Positions 17,906 to 27,206 of a stretch of DNA of 64,000 bases are shown here, piece after piece. The stretch comes from Verrucomicrobiota bacterium (lineage in GTDB: Bacteria > Verrucomicrobiota > Verrucomicrobiia > Verrucomicrobiales > DEV007). Position 1 is the first letter of the stretch. Each line of letters opens with the position of its first letter. The DNA lies in the NCBI GenBank assembly GCA_045046875.1, contig JASFYY010000010.1, positions 9,258-73,257 of the forward strand, in the 5' to 3' direction. Under the pieces are notes generated by a model. It had not been told where the DNA came from. It did no database searches and saw nothing but the letters and a program-made list of their open reading frames with translations. The translations under genes were made by a program, and so were the position numbers.

Positions 17906-18697
17906 TTACTGATAATCAAAATAGCACTCCGGCACCACTTCACCCTTTCCTCGATCATCCAGTAGTAGCTTGAGCTTTTTGTTCCATGGATCGAAAAATT
18001 TAGTGAGCTTTTCCGTCACTTCAGCATTTGGAATAAACGAGTATTGGAAACTGTTGAGCTTTACTTCATTTACCGGGCAATCTGGCAGCTCTAACCAGTC
18101 GAACAAATCCCTATAAAAAGCAGAAAAATCACGCTGCATATTCTCCAGGAAACAAACCTTCACCTGCTCAGCTTGAAAGACAGCGGTGATTCCAGAGAGA
18201 AAAAAAGAGCGTTTACCTATCTCGCTCAAAGCGTTATTTTTCCCAGCGATCATCTGATCCACATGATCCTCCAGTGAGAGTTCAGGATGGAAACCCTTCC
18301 AGGACTCCAATTCTTTCTTATCACAAGTTCGTAAAGCACGCTGAAAGTGATTCCATAGAGAAAAAGTTGACTCCACAGGATCTCGAATGATCACGATGAT
18401 TTTCGGAGCCTCAGCAAGCTCGCGGATCTTGATCAAAGATTCCTGCTGCCAGAAATATGACGGAGTAGCATCCAAACGATACGCCGCCACCCCTGGGTAA
18501 ACATCAACGCAACGCTCCAGCCTCTGTTTAGCAAAATCAGGGCGAGTGTAAAAATGCGATTCCTTGTCAGTGCAACGCCAGGGAACGGAAGCCATATCAG
18601 GAATTTCAATGCCAGAATGAGAACTAAGCACGCTGGCCAGCGTCGTTGTACCGCATTTCCCGAAAGCAGGAACATAGAGATTTGGCACACCCTTCAT
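17906..18697 (-). CDS. PAPS-dependent sulfotransferase
   Basis: 5'-PSB FGKCGTTTL, KESHFY, DATPSY, 3'-PB IIRDPVESTFS. Confidence 0.88.
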   Translation of the reverse strand: MKGVPNLYVPAFGKCGTTTLASVLSSHSGIEIPDMASVPWRCTDKESHFYTRPDFAKQRLERCVDVYPGVAAYRLDATPSYFWQQESLIKIRELAEAPKIIVIIRDPVESTFSLWNHFQRALRTCDKKELESWKGFHPELSLEDHVDQMIAGKNNALSEIGKRSFFLSGITAVFQAEQVKVCFLENMQRDFSAFYRDLFDWLELPDCPVNEVKLNSFQYSFIPNAEVTEKLTKFFDPWNKKLKLLLDDRGKGEVVPECYFDYQ

Positions 18698-19896
18698 CCA
18701 TCCTCCCTCCGCTGATAGAAATGATCAAGAACTGCCGTGCGCAGCAGTCCGGCGGCATTGGCAGACCATTCCAGCGGACTGCCTGTCGCCTTGAGTAGAT
18801 CTCGCCCGGGATCGAAGCCAAACTTACTCAAAATCAGCTCGCGTGAATGGTATTGCCTATTCGAATGCGATCCGTGGGGCTCAGCTAATGCAGTATAATC
18901 TTTAACAAATCCCACTGCCCCACCGACCCGATCAGACCACTCTGTCGCCCAATGCTGGTAGCCCTCCAAATACTTCGCATTGTTATTAAATTGCGCCCAC
19001 TGACCCGCCTTAGCTGCTGCCCCCACCGTTGCTAAAAAGGCCAGCTGATCACCAGCACCAATCACTGAATCTTCGTACCATCCCAAGCCATCCCATAGCT
19101 CTCCACGAACAGCCCAGCCTAGTCCTGTCTTGTAGATCTGCTCGATAGGCAGCCTGCCGTGAATAAAATTAGCTGCTGCCCCCAAAGAGTCCTGACGCTG
19201 ATCTGTAAACTCGCAAATAATTTTCTCAGCTACCTGCACCGCAGCGCTTTCATCCAGAGCCCGACACACACATTCGAACCAATCTTCACCACAGTTTTGA
19301 ATATCGGTATCTCCGTCCAGCCAGCCCACATTCACAAAACCACGCTCACGCAAAATTTGTGTACCAACATTGATCAACGCTTCCTTCTGCCACAATACGG
19401 AGTCAGATCTTAGCTGGAGCAAATTGCCCGCTCGATCCGTCAGACTAAACGCCTGGTCACCGAACGCCAGCTCCACAACCAACAACCTATCTTTCATCCA
19501 ATCAAAACGTTCAATAAATCGTTCAAAATTAGCCCGAGGAGCGTTATAACCACAAGGATTGAAATACACCGCCACAAACCCAAGCTCACCACCATTCAAA
19601 TCGTTGAACGCCTCCTGCCGCCTGATATGCGACACACTCACCTCTTCAGGATGATGCACCACCGTCCTCACACTTGGGAATGCCACCCTGACCGCAGCCT
19701 CCGCTGCAGCCCTGTAGTTCCCCACACGCCTGCGCTCCCTATAGAAATCAGCCCCTGCAGACAACCCGTAGCCACCGCCAGGCTCCGCAAACACAGCTGT
19801 CAGCATCTCCTCAGACCATTCCTTCACCCCCTTCACAGCAGCCTTCTCACCGTCAGGATAAAGACACACCACCTTGCTCCTATCTTTTTTCATCAT
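18694..19896 (-). CDS. GT-A fold glycosyltransferase-like protein
   Basis: VYFNP, VELAFG, LWQKEALIN, DxD motif (WLDGD), IGAGD. Confidence 0.6.
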   Translation of the reverse strand: MMKKDRSKVVCLYPDGEKAAVKGVKEWSEEMLTAVFAEPGGGYGLSAGADFYRERRRVGNYRAAAEAAVRVAFPSVRTVVHHPEEVSVSHIRRQEAFNDLNGGELGFVAVYFNPCGYNAPRANFERFIERFDWMKDRLLVVELAFGDQAFSLTDRAGNLLQLRSDSVLWQKEALINVGTQILRERGFVNVGWLDGDTDIQNCGEDWFECVCRALDESAAVQVAEKIICEFTDQRQDSLGAAANFIHGRLPIEQIYKTGLGWAVRGELWDGLGWYEDSVIGAGDQLAFLATVGAAAKAGQWAQFNNNAKYLEGYQHWATEWSDRVGGAVGFVKDYTALAEPHGSHSNRQYHSRELILSKFGFDPGRDLLKATGSPLEWSANAAGLLRTAVLDHFYQRREDG

Positions 19897-21299
19897 CGAT
19901 CAAGACCCAAATAAATCCGCAAAATAAAAGGCTGCGTTTTCCTCCTTATTATCCCCACGTCATAAGCTCCAGGAGCAGGCTCCGTGACCACAGCCGACAC
20001 AAAGCTCCCCGGATAAGCCCCACCATCCCAATTCGCCGCCACGAAATTAGATCCAGGTGCCTCCTGCAACTTCAACGAAAACTTATCAAAATCAGCGCTG
20101 AAATTGTTAGCCAAATCCGCAGGTTTCAAAACCAACGTCGCGCCAGCATTATCAGCAAACATCTTAAAATCCAAATCAGAGGTAGTCGTCGCACCGGCAA
20201 TATCACCGAGCATCCAAGTCTCAAAAATTGAATAGCCACGCCACGCAGCATTACTCGTCGTGATCCAATTAGTGTGCCCCGTATCCACACCATTATACCA
20301 AATATCAAACTTCTGATTCGCACTCAACCGCCCCACCCCATCGAGCGACACCCCACTAGACCAGACCATATCAATCGCCCTCACGTTTGTGTAGTCCTCA
20401 GTATCCACCGTCGACGAAATAACAATCCCACTCGACCCATTCACCGCCGCACTAATCCCCAGAGTATGCTTGTAATCCGAAAACGTCCGCTGATTCGCAT
20501 CCACCGCCGGAAACGCCTCACCTGTAGCCGACGTATCCCCAGTGATCACCGCTGCCGTAAAAACCCCGCTCCCGTTACGCGTCACATCAATAGTAGTATT
20601 GATCACCGCATACCGTGCAAGGTAATCTGATGCTGGGATATTGACCACCACCTGCACATCATACGAAACTGTCGTGCTATTCGCCTGATCCGGCAGATTT
20701 ATCGTCAAAACTCCCGGCGTCGACTGATTGTGCGTCATGTCGAAAGTATCACTACTCGCCGCCACAGCAGCCCCTGTCAGCCCATAAGGGATTGCCACCT
20801 TGATCACACATTTAGCATCCAAAAATGCAGTCTCCCCCGTCAGCTGAGCCTCCACCAGCGAACGCAGGCGCTTCGCTGTCAGATCGAGCATCATGCGATA
20901 CCTCACCCCCTCAGCATCCGACATCGGTGCCACCGAGCCATCGTTCAATACCACCGGGCGCTCCCCCACAAACTCCACAATCTGCAAAATCGCTTCAGTC
21001 GGAGCAGCAGCCACCAGTTCCCCCCCACGCCGAAAACCCAAACCAAAAGGAGCATTGCTATCTCCCACAGAAAATGCATTCACCACCAGATCCCGAGTAT
21101 CCTTCGGCTCCAAAGAAGCATAGTTAGACTGCAACACATCATTCACCGGCACCACCTTCGCCGGAAACTCCCCACCCGCCGAGCTCTGATCCACCGCCAA
21201 TGGTGGCAACTCCACCCCCATCAAAGCCACCTTCCAGCTATTCAGATCAATATCAAAACTAGGCGACAAAGCCTGCAAAATTTCATTATTAGTAGCCAT
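19893..21299 (-). CDS. Putative tail fibre/receptor-binding protein
   Basis: Beta-rich Ser/Thr/Gly composition; distal tail position. Confidence 0.5.
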   Translation of the reverse strand: MATNNEILQALSPSFDIDLNSWKVALMGVELPPLAVDQSSAGGEFPAKVVPVNDVLQSNYASLEPKDTRDLVVNAFSVGDSNAPFGLGFRRGGELVAAAPTEAILQIVEFVGERPVVLNDGSVAPMSDAEGVRYRMMLDLTAKRLRSLVEAQLTGETAFLDAKCVIKVAIPYGLTGAAVAASSDTFDMTHNQSTPGVLTINLPDQANSTTVSYDVQVVVNIPASDYLARYAVINTTIDVTRNGSGVFTAAVITGDTSATGEAFPAVDANQRTFSDYKHTLGISAAVNGSSGIVISSTVDTEDYTNVRAIDMVWSSGVSLDGVGRLSANQKFDIWYNGVDTGHTNWITTSNAAWRGYSIFETWMLGDIAGATTTSDLDFKMFADNAGATLVLKPADLANNFSADFDKFSLKLQEAPGSNFVAANWDGGAYPGSFVSAVVTEPAPGAYDVGIIRRKTQPFILRIYLGLDR

Positions 21300-21302
21300 A
21301 AT

Positions 21303-23993
21303 TCAAGTAATCGATGCAAACCCCAAAGACACCGCCCCAGAGTCACCTTCAGGCACCGCCTGTGGTCCGGTGATCGCTACGATGCCGTTAGGATCCGGCT
21401 TGCTGTTCTCCGTATCAAAATCACGCAAATACACCCTCATCGCAAAGTTACCGCTCGTCGGCTTAGTTCCTGCCGCCACCGCATTGCCATACTTAATCTG
21501 ATCCATCGAGATCACCCCCACCCCATTCACCAACTCATTCGTCACCCGCACACCAAAGCGGTGGATGCTCAGCGCAGGCATCAAGATGATCCTCTGCTCC
21601 AGCGCAGGATTCGCCACGTCCCACACCACATCCTTCAAGTTCATCCCAGGCGAACCAGGACCAGTGTCTTGCGGAGCCGTTCCCAGCTCCACCACCATCA
21701 CCCATTGTGCAAAACTCTCCGACTTCATCACTCCCATCTGGTAAGCCCAGTCCGCGAAAAACTGACGCCCTCGGCTCAGCTGCCCGTCATTGACGAAGCC
21801 CTCGAACAGCGTGCGATTAAAATTCGTCGGATAGTAACTCGACAACCCAGTCCGTCCCGACACCCGATACCACACATTGCCATCACAAGCCGCGAACTGC
21901 CCAGCCTTCAGCACATCCCCCGAATGACCCCCACCCGCGAAAATATCGATATCCACCAGACCCGTATTCTCAAACACACGATTTAGGTAAACATCATCAG
22001 GATCCGGCAAGTCACCAGACAACAGCAACGGCACCACGTCCTCCGGAGACGCATCATGCACAGCAGGCAACAATCCCCCAGGCCTCCACGCATCAAGATC
22101 CACATCCTCGAGCAAACCGCTCTCCGGTTTTTTAAAATTCCCCATCACCGGAAACAAATCCAACATCGGGGGAAATACCCAGTGAGCAAAAGTCGAAATA
22201 TCCGGCTCCCGCAATTTTATATCCCCACTCGCCACATAGCCCTCCAGCACATCCACCCGATCCGTCAGCGCCGCGAAAGTTTCCAACAAGTTGATGATCT
22301 GCCCCATCGGATGTTCATGCGGATCCAGCGCAGACGTATCGTCAGCAGCCAGTATGATTATCCCCAGCGTATTGGCACCCGGCGCAGGATTGTAGCCACC
22401 TATCAGCGTCACCTCCAACAAATCATCGCTGGTATAGCTCAGTGTGTAATCCACACCCGCAACCAACTGCTTCCCACTCGCCATGTTCTCCCGGATCTGC
22501 ACCAACAAATACGGCGTAGCCAGATTGTGCTGAAACGAACTCAGCACCACATTCCCAAACAAAAAAGACTTGCCCGCATGCCCGACCGTCATCTGGTCAG
22601 TAGTGAATGGTATTCTTGCAGGCCAGTCATACGGACGCAGCCAGTCAATCGCCTCCAGCACAGCCTGCCCTTCCCATATCAGATCCCGTTTGACCGTCAC
22701 CTCTGTTAAATAAGTCCAAGTCAGCAGATTAGTATCATCGGTAGGATCATCATACACCACCTCGATCGAGAACGGCAGAGTGATCTCATCCTTATCATCC
22801 AACGCCGCAGCTCGCAGTACAGCAGCCATATCCCACTTATCCAAGCCCATCGACACCGTCACATCCCCCAAAGGTGCATCCACCTCCACGATCTCCAGCT
22901 CAGCATGATTATCCCCAGCCATCGACCCCACGAACTCCACATGCCCCACATTGGGCGAGGGATTCGTCACCACAAAAGCCCCGTCCTCATCCGCTAACGG
23001 CGCTATCCCCTCTCCGAATCGAGTTGGACCATCGTCATTACTGAACAACCAACTGCGCCTACCCTTCCACCTCGCCTGATATGTCCCGCGGTAGAACGGA
23101 TTAAAAGTTATCTTCTGTATCTCATTCAGCTCCACCCCGCCAGCATCACCGCCTTCTTGAAAAGTGTTCACCTTCGGAGGATTGATAGGCACCCGCTTCC
23201 ACGACGACTCAAACGCCACCGGAGCCAGCACCGTCCGGATTTCATGCGTCCAGATCCCATCCTTCTCATGCGACCGAACCCTTACAAACGACGTAGGGTT
23301 CAAAGAATTCGCCGCCGCCACCAGAGGCACCGCCGCATTTTGCCCGGCGAACACAGCAAACCAAGAGCCATCGCCCATCGGTCTCTCCACCGTCGCATTT
23401 TCAAATCCCACCGTCACCGCCCCATATTTCTTACCCACCCCCACATTGCTCAGCCCATTGATAGCCGCCTCCATTTCAGCAGCGCCCGCAGCAAATCCTA
23501 TATCCACCGTCAGCTCGTTCGCCTGGTGCACCCCCACACCGAGGTCAGTTATATCCACCGCCGCCCCGCCCGGCGACTCCGCCAATTGGTAGTCATCATT
23601 CGTTTTATTGATGATGTAAAAGTCCTTACCCGTCAGCAACCCACCAGACAAAGTGTCCGTCGTTAGCAACCGCAAGCGCGTCCCATTCTCTCTGCCATGA
23701 GCCACTGCCAGCACTCGATCCGTCACCGGATCCACAGTGAAGATCATCGCCTCCCCCTCCAGCATCAGTGCAAAAGTCCCAGCCTTAGCCCGCTCATCCA
23801 CCACACCCACCGAGGCCGCCACCCGCCGCACCGTGCGTTCCACCTCCACCATTTCCGAACCCACCTTCTGCGCCATTCGCATGCTCAGGTGCATGGTATC
23901 GCCCTGATTCTGAATAGCCCACGTAAAATCACTCCCGCCCAACTCCTCGGACACCGAGTTTTTCCCCAAATCTAAAAATAATAACTGCTCCAT
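21303..23993 (-). CDS. Large minor tail (tip/fibre) protein
   Basis: 896 aa, beta-rich, downstream of the tape measure gene. Confidence 0.6.
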   Translation of the reverse strand: MEQLLFLDLGKNSVSEELGGSDFTWAIQNQGDTMHLSMRMAQKVGSEMVEVERTVRRVAASVGVVDERAKAGTFALMLEGEAMIFTVDPVTDRVLAVAHGRENGTRLRLLTTDTLSGGLLTGKDFYIINKTNDDYQLAESPGGAAVDITDLGVGVHQANELTVDIGFAAGAAEMEAAINGLSNVGVGKKYGAVTVGFENATVERPMGDGSWFAVFAGQNAAVPLVAAANSLNPTSFVRVRSHEKDGIWTHEIRTVLAPVAFESSWKRVPINPPKVNTFQEGGDAGGVELNEIQKITFNPFYRGTYQARWKGRRSWLFSNDDGPTRFGEGIAPLADEDGAFVVTNPSPNVGHVEFVGSMAGDNHAELEIVEVDAPLGDVTVSMGLDKWDMAAVLRAAALDDKDEITLPFSIEVVYDDPTDDTNLLTWTYLTEVTVKRDLIWEGQAVLEAIDWLRPYDWPARIPFTTDQMTVGHAGKSFLFGNVVLSSFQHNLATPYLLVQIRENMASGKQLVAGVDYTLSYTSDDLLEVTLIGGYNPAPGANTLGIIILAADDTSALDPHEHPMGQIINLLETFAALTDRVDVLEGYVASGDIKLREPDISTFAHWVFPPMLDLFPVMGNFKKPESGLLEDVDLDAWRPGGLLPAVHDASPEDVVPLLLSGDLPDPDDVYLNRVFENTGLVDIDIFAGGGHSGDVLKAGQFAACDGNVWYRVSGRTGLSSYYPTNFNRTLFEGFVNDGQLSRGRQFFADWAYQMGVMKSESFAQWVMVVELGTAPQDTGPGSPGMNLKDVVWDVANPALEQRIILMPALSIHRFGVRVTNELVNGVGVISMDQIKYGNAVAAGTKPTSGNFAMRVYLRDFDTENSKPDPNGIVAITGPQAVPEGDSGAVSLGFASIT

Positions 23994-24017
23994 CGCGCTC
24001 TACGAAGCGCGATGGAG

Positions 24018-24614
24018 TCAAATAACCTTTCTCAAATCAAAAATCTCAATTGTTAGCGCAGCTCTCTTTACCATCATTCTAGACAAATCATTTTCTATCT
24101 CCACCAACTGACTCCCCGCCGATTTATACCGTTCATCAAGAAATCCATACTTCGTTACCTTACTGCCATTAGCCTGCTCAAAATTATACTTATCAATAAA
24201 TTCTTTATGCCACATCACTTCAGCATTTGCCTCATCAATTCGAGATGACATAATGGTCAATTCCAATTCATACACCTTCAACTTATTTGCAATCTCCTGC
24301 ACTTCATTCTGCCTCTCCAGCTCTTTTGCTGATTTCTGCTGAGCTATCCTCGAATCCCTCAGCTCAGTCGACTGCAAAATCACCGCCACAGCCACACCCA
24401 CCAGCGCAATGCCTGAAAATAAAGCATTCACCGCCCCAAAACTATCGCCAATTGCTGCCGCCTGGTTCATATCCCCGGATAGACACCAAATGATACCCGT
24501 CAAAACAAACCAAAGACCAACCATCAACGCCAGATACCCGGCGATCATACCAGGATCATACCATTTTCTCGTTCCTTCTTTATCCTCACTCATGCCCCAA
24601 CGCTCGTCCCACAT
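24018..24614 (-). CDS. Two-TM plus coiled-coil membrane protein (moron)
   Basis: GDSFGAVNALFSGIALVGV..ILQSTEL motif; AT-richer than flanking tail genes. Confidence 0.7.
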   Translation of the reverse strand: MWDERWGMSEDKEGTRKWYDPGMIAGYLALMVGLWFVLTGIIWCLSGDMNQAAAIGDSFGAVNALFSGIALVGVAVAVILQSTELRDSRIAQQKSAKELERQNEVQEIANKLKVYELELTIMSSRIDEANAEVMWHKEFIDKYNFEQANGSKVTKYGFLDERYKSAGSQLVEIENDLSRMMVKRAALTIEIFDLRKVI

Positions 24615-24637
24615 CTAAGCTACATGCAAGAAAAAAT

Positions 24638-24805
24638 TCACCCCTCTTCACCCTCCCCAAAAAACAACGGATCGAACGGAATCGCCACATAAGGAAACTC
24701 CGGCTCCAAACGCGGCCTCTCATCCCTCGCCACCTCCGCCGCCTTCTCCCGCTCCGCCCTCAGCCGAGCCGCCTTATCAAATCCAAATCCGTCATCTACG
24801 CTCAT
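24638..24805 (-). CDS. Small phage protein (55 aa, not in ORF track)
   Basis: MSVDDGFGFDKAARLRAERE...EFPYVAIPFDPLFFGEGEEG fills the gap in the tail operon. Confidence 0.55.
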   Translation of the reverse strand: MSVDDGFGFDKAARLRAEREKAAEVARDERPRLEPEFPYVAIPFDPLFFGEGEEG

Positions 24806-24823
24806 AATCCTACATCCTTCTCC

Positions 24824-25873
24824 CTAAGTCCAAAACTGCCCCCGGATCCTCGACTGATTCAACAGCGCCTCAGCCTGGAAACTAGCCGCATTATTCTCAT
24901 CTAAAAACCCCTGCACCGCCAGGTTCCCTACCCCACCAGCCAGAGGCACATCAAAGCTCAAGCTTCTACTCTGCACCGCCTCCAGATCCTGATCCACCCC
25001 ATAGCGCAAATGCCAAAACACCCGCTGGCTCACATACGGCGTCCACGACTCATCCGGCTCCGACCCCTTGACCGCCCCCACTGGCGACACCAGATACAGC
25101 GTAGCCAACCACCTCTCATCCAATCCCGGATCCTCACCTCCCAATATCCCGAGCCCATCCAACTCTAGCGGATCCGGAGGAATGTATTTTCTCACCACCT
25201 TCAGCGAAGCCTGATCCCTCGCAGGCATCCGCACCCCCAGTTGGAAGTCCACCTTATTGCCCGCACCCACCCAATCTACCGTCAGCGCAGGGCGAGGTTG
25301 CACCAGCACCACGTCCACTGCCCGCAGCAAGCGCACCTCATCCGGATCCGGCAACGCCCCCGAAAATCTAGTCACCGCACCCACCCCGTCCAGCTCCGTT
25401 GATCCCCGCCGATCCTCCACCCCCAGCTCCAGAAAATAGCCCGGCACCGCCTCTGCCTCACCGAACTCACTCGCATCGTAACCCACCGCACGCCAGCGAT
25501 CATTAGCCACCGGCAGCACAGGGTTTTCGCTCAACCACGCATCCAACCACTCCGCCCCCTCGCTCACTTCCGCCGCCAGTCTCTCCACCGTCCAGCTCGG
25601 AGCCGCCTTCGTCGCCACTCGTATCACCACCTCCTCCTCATTCACAAACCCCGCATCCACCTGAGCCCCCCATCGACCTTCCTCCACATTCCAACCCAAA
25701 GTCATCATCCATGGGTGGCGAAACTGATCACTCTCCACCACCGTCACCCGCAGCGGACGCGACCGGGTAAGCTGATCCACCACACGGTTCCATTCATCGA
25801 TCCCAATCGAATCGATCAGATATTCGCCATCGCCAAAAGTCGCCTCTGGAACCAAACCCGCCATAATCCTCAC
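24824..25873 (-). CDS. Minor tail protein
   Basis: Coupled ORF in tail operon. Confidence 0.55.
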   Translation of the reverse strand: MRIMAGLVPEATFGDGEYLIDSIGIDEWNRVVDQLTRSRPLRVTVVESDQFRHPWMMTLGWNVEEGRWGAQVDAGFVNEEEVVIRVATKAAPSWTVERLAAEVSEGAEWLDAWLSENPVLPVANDRWRAVGYDASEFGEAEAVPGYFLELGVEDRRGSTELDGVGAVTRFSGALPDPDEVRLLRAVDVVLVQPRPALTVDWVGAGNKVDFQLGVRMPARDQASLKVVRKYIPPDPLELDGLGILGGEDPGLDERWLATLYLVSPVGAVKGSEPDESWTPYVSQRVFWHLRYGVDQDLEAVQSRSLSFDVPLAGGVGNLAVQGFLDENNAASFQAEALLNQSRIRGQFWT

Positions 25874-26499
25874 ACCGAACTAAAATGATGTGTCCCACTC
25901 CCCTCACCCTCACCGGGTATAAACACATGCCCCAGATTGTGCAGCGTCTTCTGTCTCACCCGCTCCACCTTGATCCTTTTTTTATCCCAATACAAAATCG
26001 CCAATGCCTCAAACCCCACCCCTGGACCAGCATCCTTCCGTGCCGCCTTCACATCCGCAACATGCACGATGCTCAACCAATCCTCAGCATCCATCAGCGG
26101 CTCCCCCGCCTGCACATCCCACAGCATGCGCACGCACACAAAAGACCGTCCATCCTCACCAGCGCCCTCGATCACCGGGATCTCAGGCACCTCTACCTTT
26201 TCCCCATCCAGATCGATCCCGTCTAGCCCTATCCCATCCACAGTCGGCATCTCATCCAGCACAAAACCAACCCCCACCCGAGCCAACAAGCCCGTCACCG
26301 ACACCAAAAAATGAGGACTCCACGACGGCGGCTCCTCGAAGATCACCCCCGTGCCATCCGGACCATAAGCCACCCGCGCATTTGGATCCGTTATCACCAC
26401 ATCACGCTGCGCAGCATAACGCAGCAACCTCGCCCAAAACACGTCCACTGGATCTCGATCCCGAGGCCGCAGCTCATCTATGTTTACCAGGTCATTCAT
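25870..26499 (-). CDS. Minor tail protein
   Basis: Coupled ORF in tail operon. Confidence 0.55.
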   Translation of the reverse strand: MNDLVNIDELRPRDRDPVDVFWARLLRYAAQRDVVITDPNARVAYGPDGTGVIFEEPPSWSPHFLVSVTGLLARVGVGFVLDEMPTVDGIGLDGIDLDGEKVEVPEIPVIEGAGEDGRSFVCVRMLWDVQAGEPLMDAEDWLSIVHVADVKAARKDAGPGVGFEALAILYWDKKRIKVERVRQKTLHNLGHVFIPGEGEGSGTHHFSSV

Positions 26500-27203
26500 T
26501 TAGTCCCACTGATCAACTCGCTCAATGCAGGATTCCAACCGCCAGGAGGGGATAACTTCCACGATTCTCGAACCTCCACCACATCACCCCGCTCGATGAT
26601 CTGCGGAGGAGAAAATTTAAAATTCCGCTTTTCATAAGAACCTTTTATCCCAGGCGGACGCGTCACTATCTTATCCAACTGCCGCGTCAACGCATGCGGA
26701 AACGTCCGCCGCACATAACTTCTATTATAAACCAACTGCTCAAGAGGATACGTCCGCACTCCGTGCATCGGATTTTTATCCCCTACTTTAGCATCCACCC
26801 CCTTAGTGAAACCGCCTGCCAGACTCCCCGCTCCATCCGGGATCAACCGAGGAAACAACAAATCTCGCCCCTCATAATACCCTCCGAATTTTTTAATGAT
26901 ATTCTCAAGATCCCAATGAGTCTCTATTTTCTCTTGAGAGAAAGACCTATCATAGTTCGTTATGACTTTATCCTCCTTCCCCCCATCGCCGAGCCCCTCA
27001 TAAAACACCTCCACAATCCAGCCCGCAAGCTCCGTATCCGCCTCTACCTGACTGAATGACCTATCCACCTCCGGCACACCAGAGACAAACGTATCCCCTA
27101 CCGTCCACACTTCATCGAACGTATCCACATGCCAGCTCCGCGTCGTCGATAACACCCCCAAACGATCACGCCCGCCCCTGGTTCCTGCTGTCCTTTGCCC
27201 CAT
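26496..27203 (-). CDS. Minor tail protein (distal-tail position)
   Basis: Immediately follows the tape measure gene. Confidence 0.55.
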   Translation of the reverse strand: MGQRTAGTRGGRDRLGVLSTTRSWHVDTFDEVWTVGDTFVSGVPEVDRSFSQVEADTELAGWIVEVFYEGLGDGGKEDKVITNYDRSFSQEKIETHWDLENIIKKFGGYYEGRDLLFPRLIPDGAGSLAGGFTKGVDAKVGDKNPMHGVRTYPLEQLVYNRSYVRRTFPHALTRQLDKIVTRPPGIKGSYEKRNFKFSPPQIIERGDVVEVRESWKLSPPGGWNPALSELISGTK

Positions 27204-27206
27204 ATT

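Noticed and set aside
19893..23993. Diversity-generating retroelement targeting the tail fibres
   Set aside because: No reverse transcriptase and no template/variable repeat pair seen
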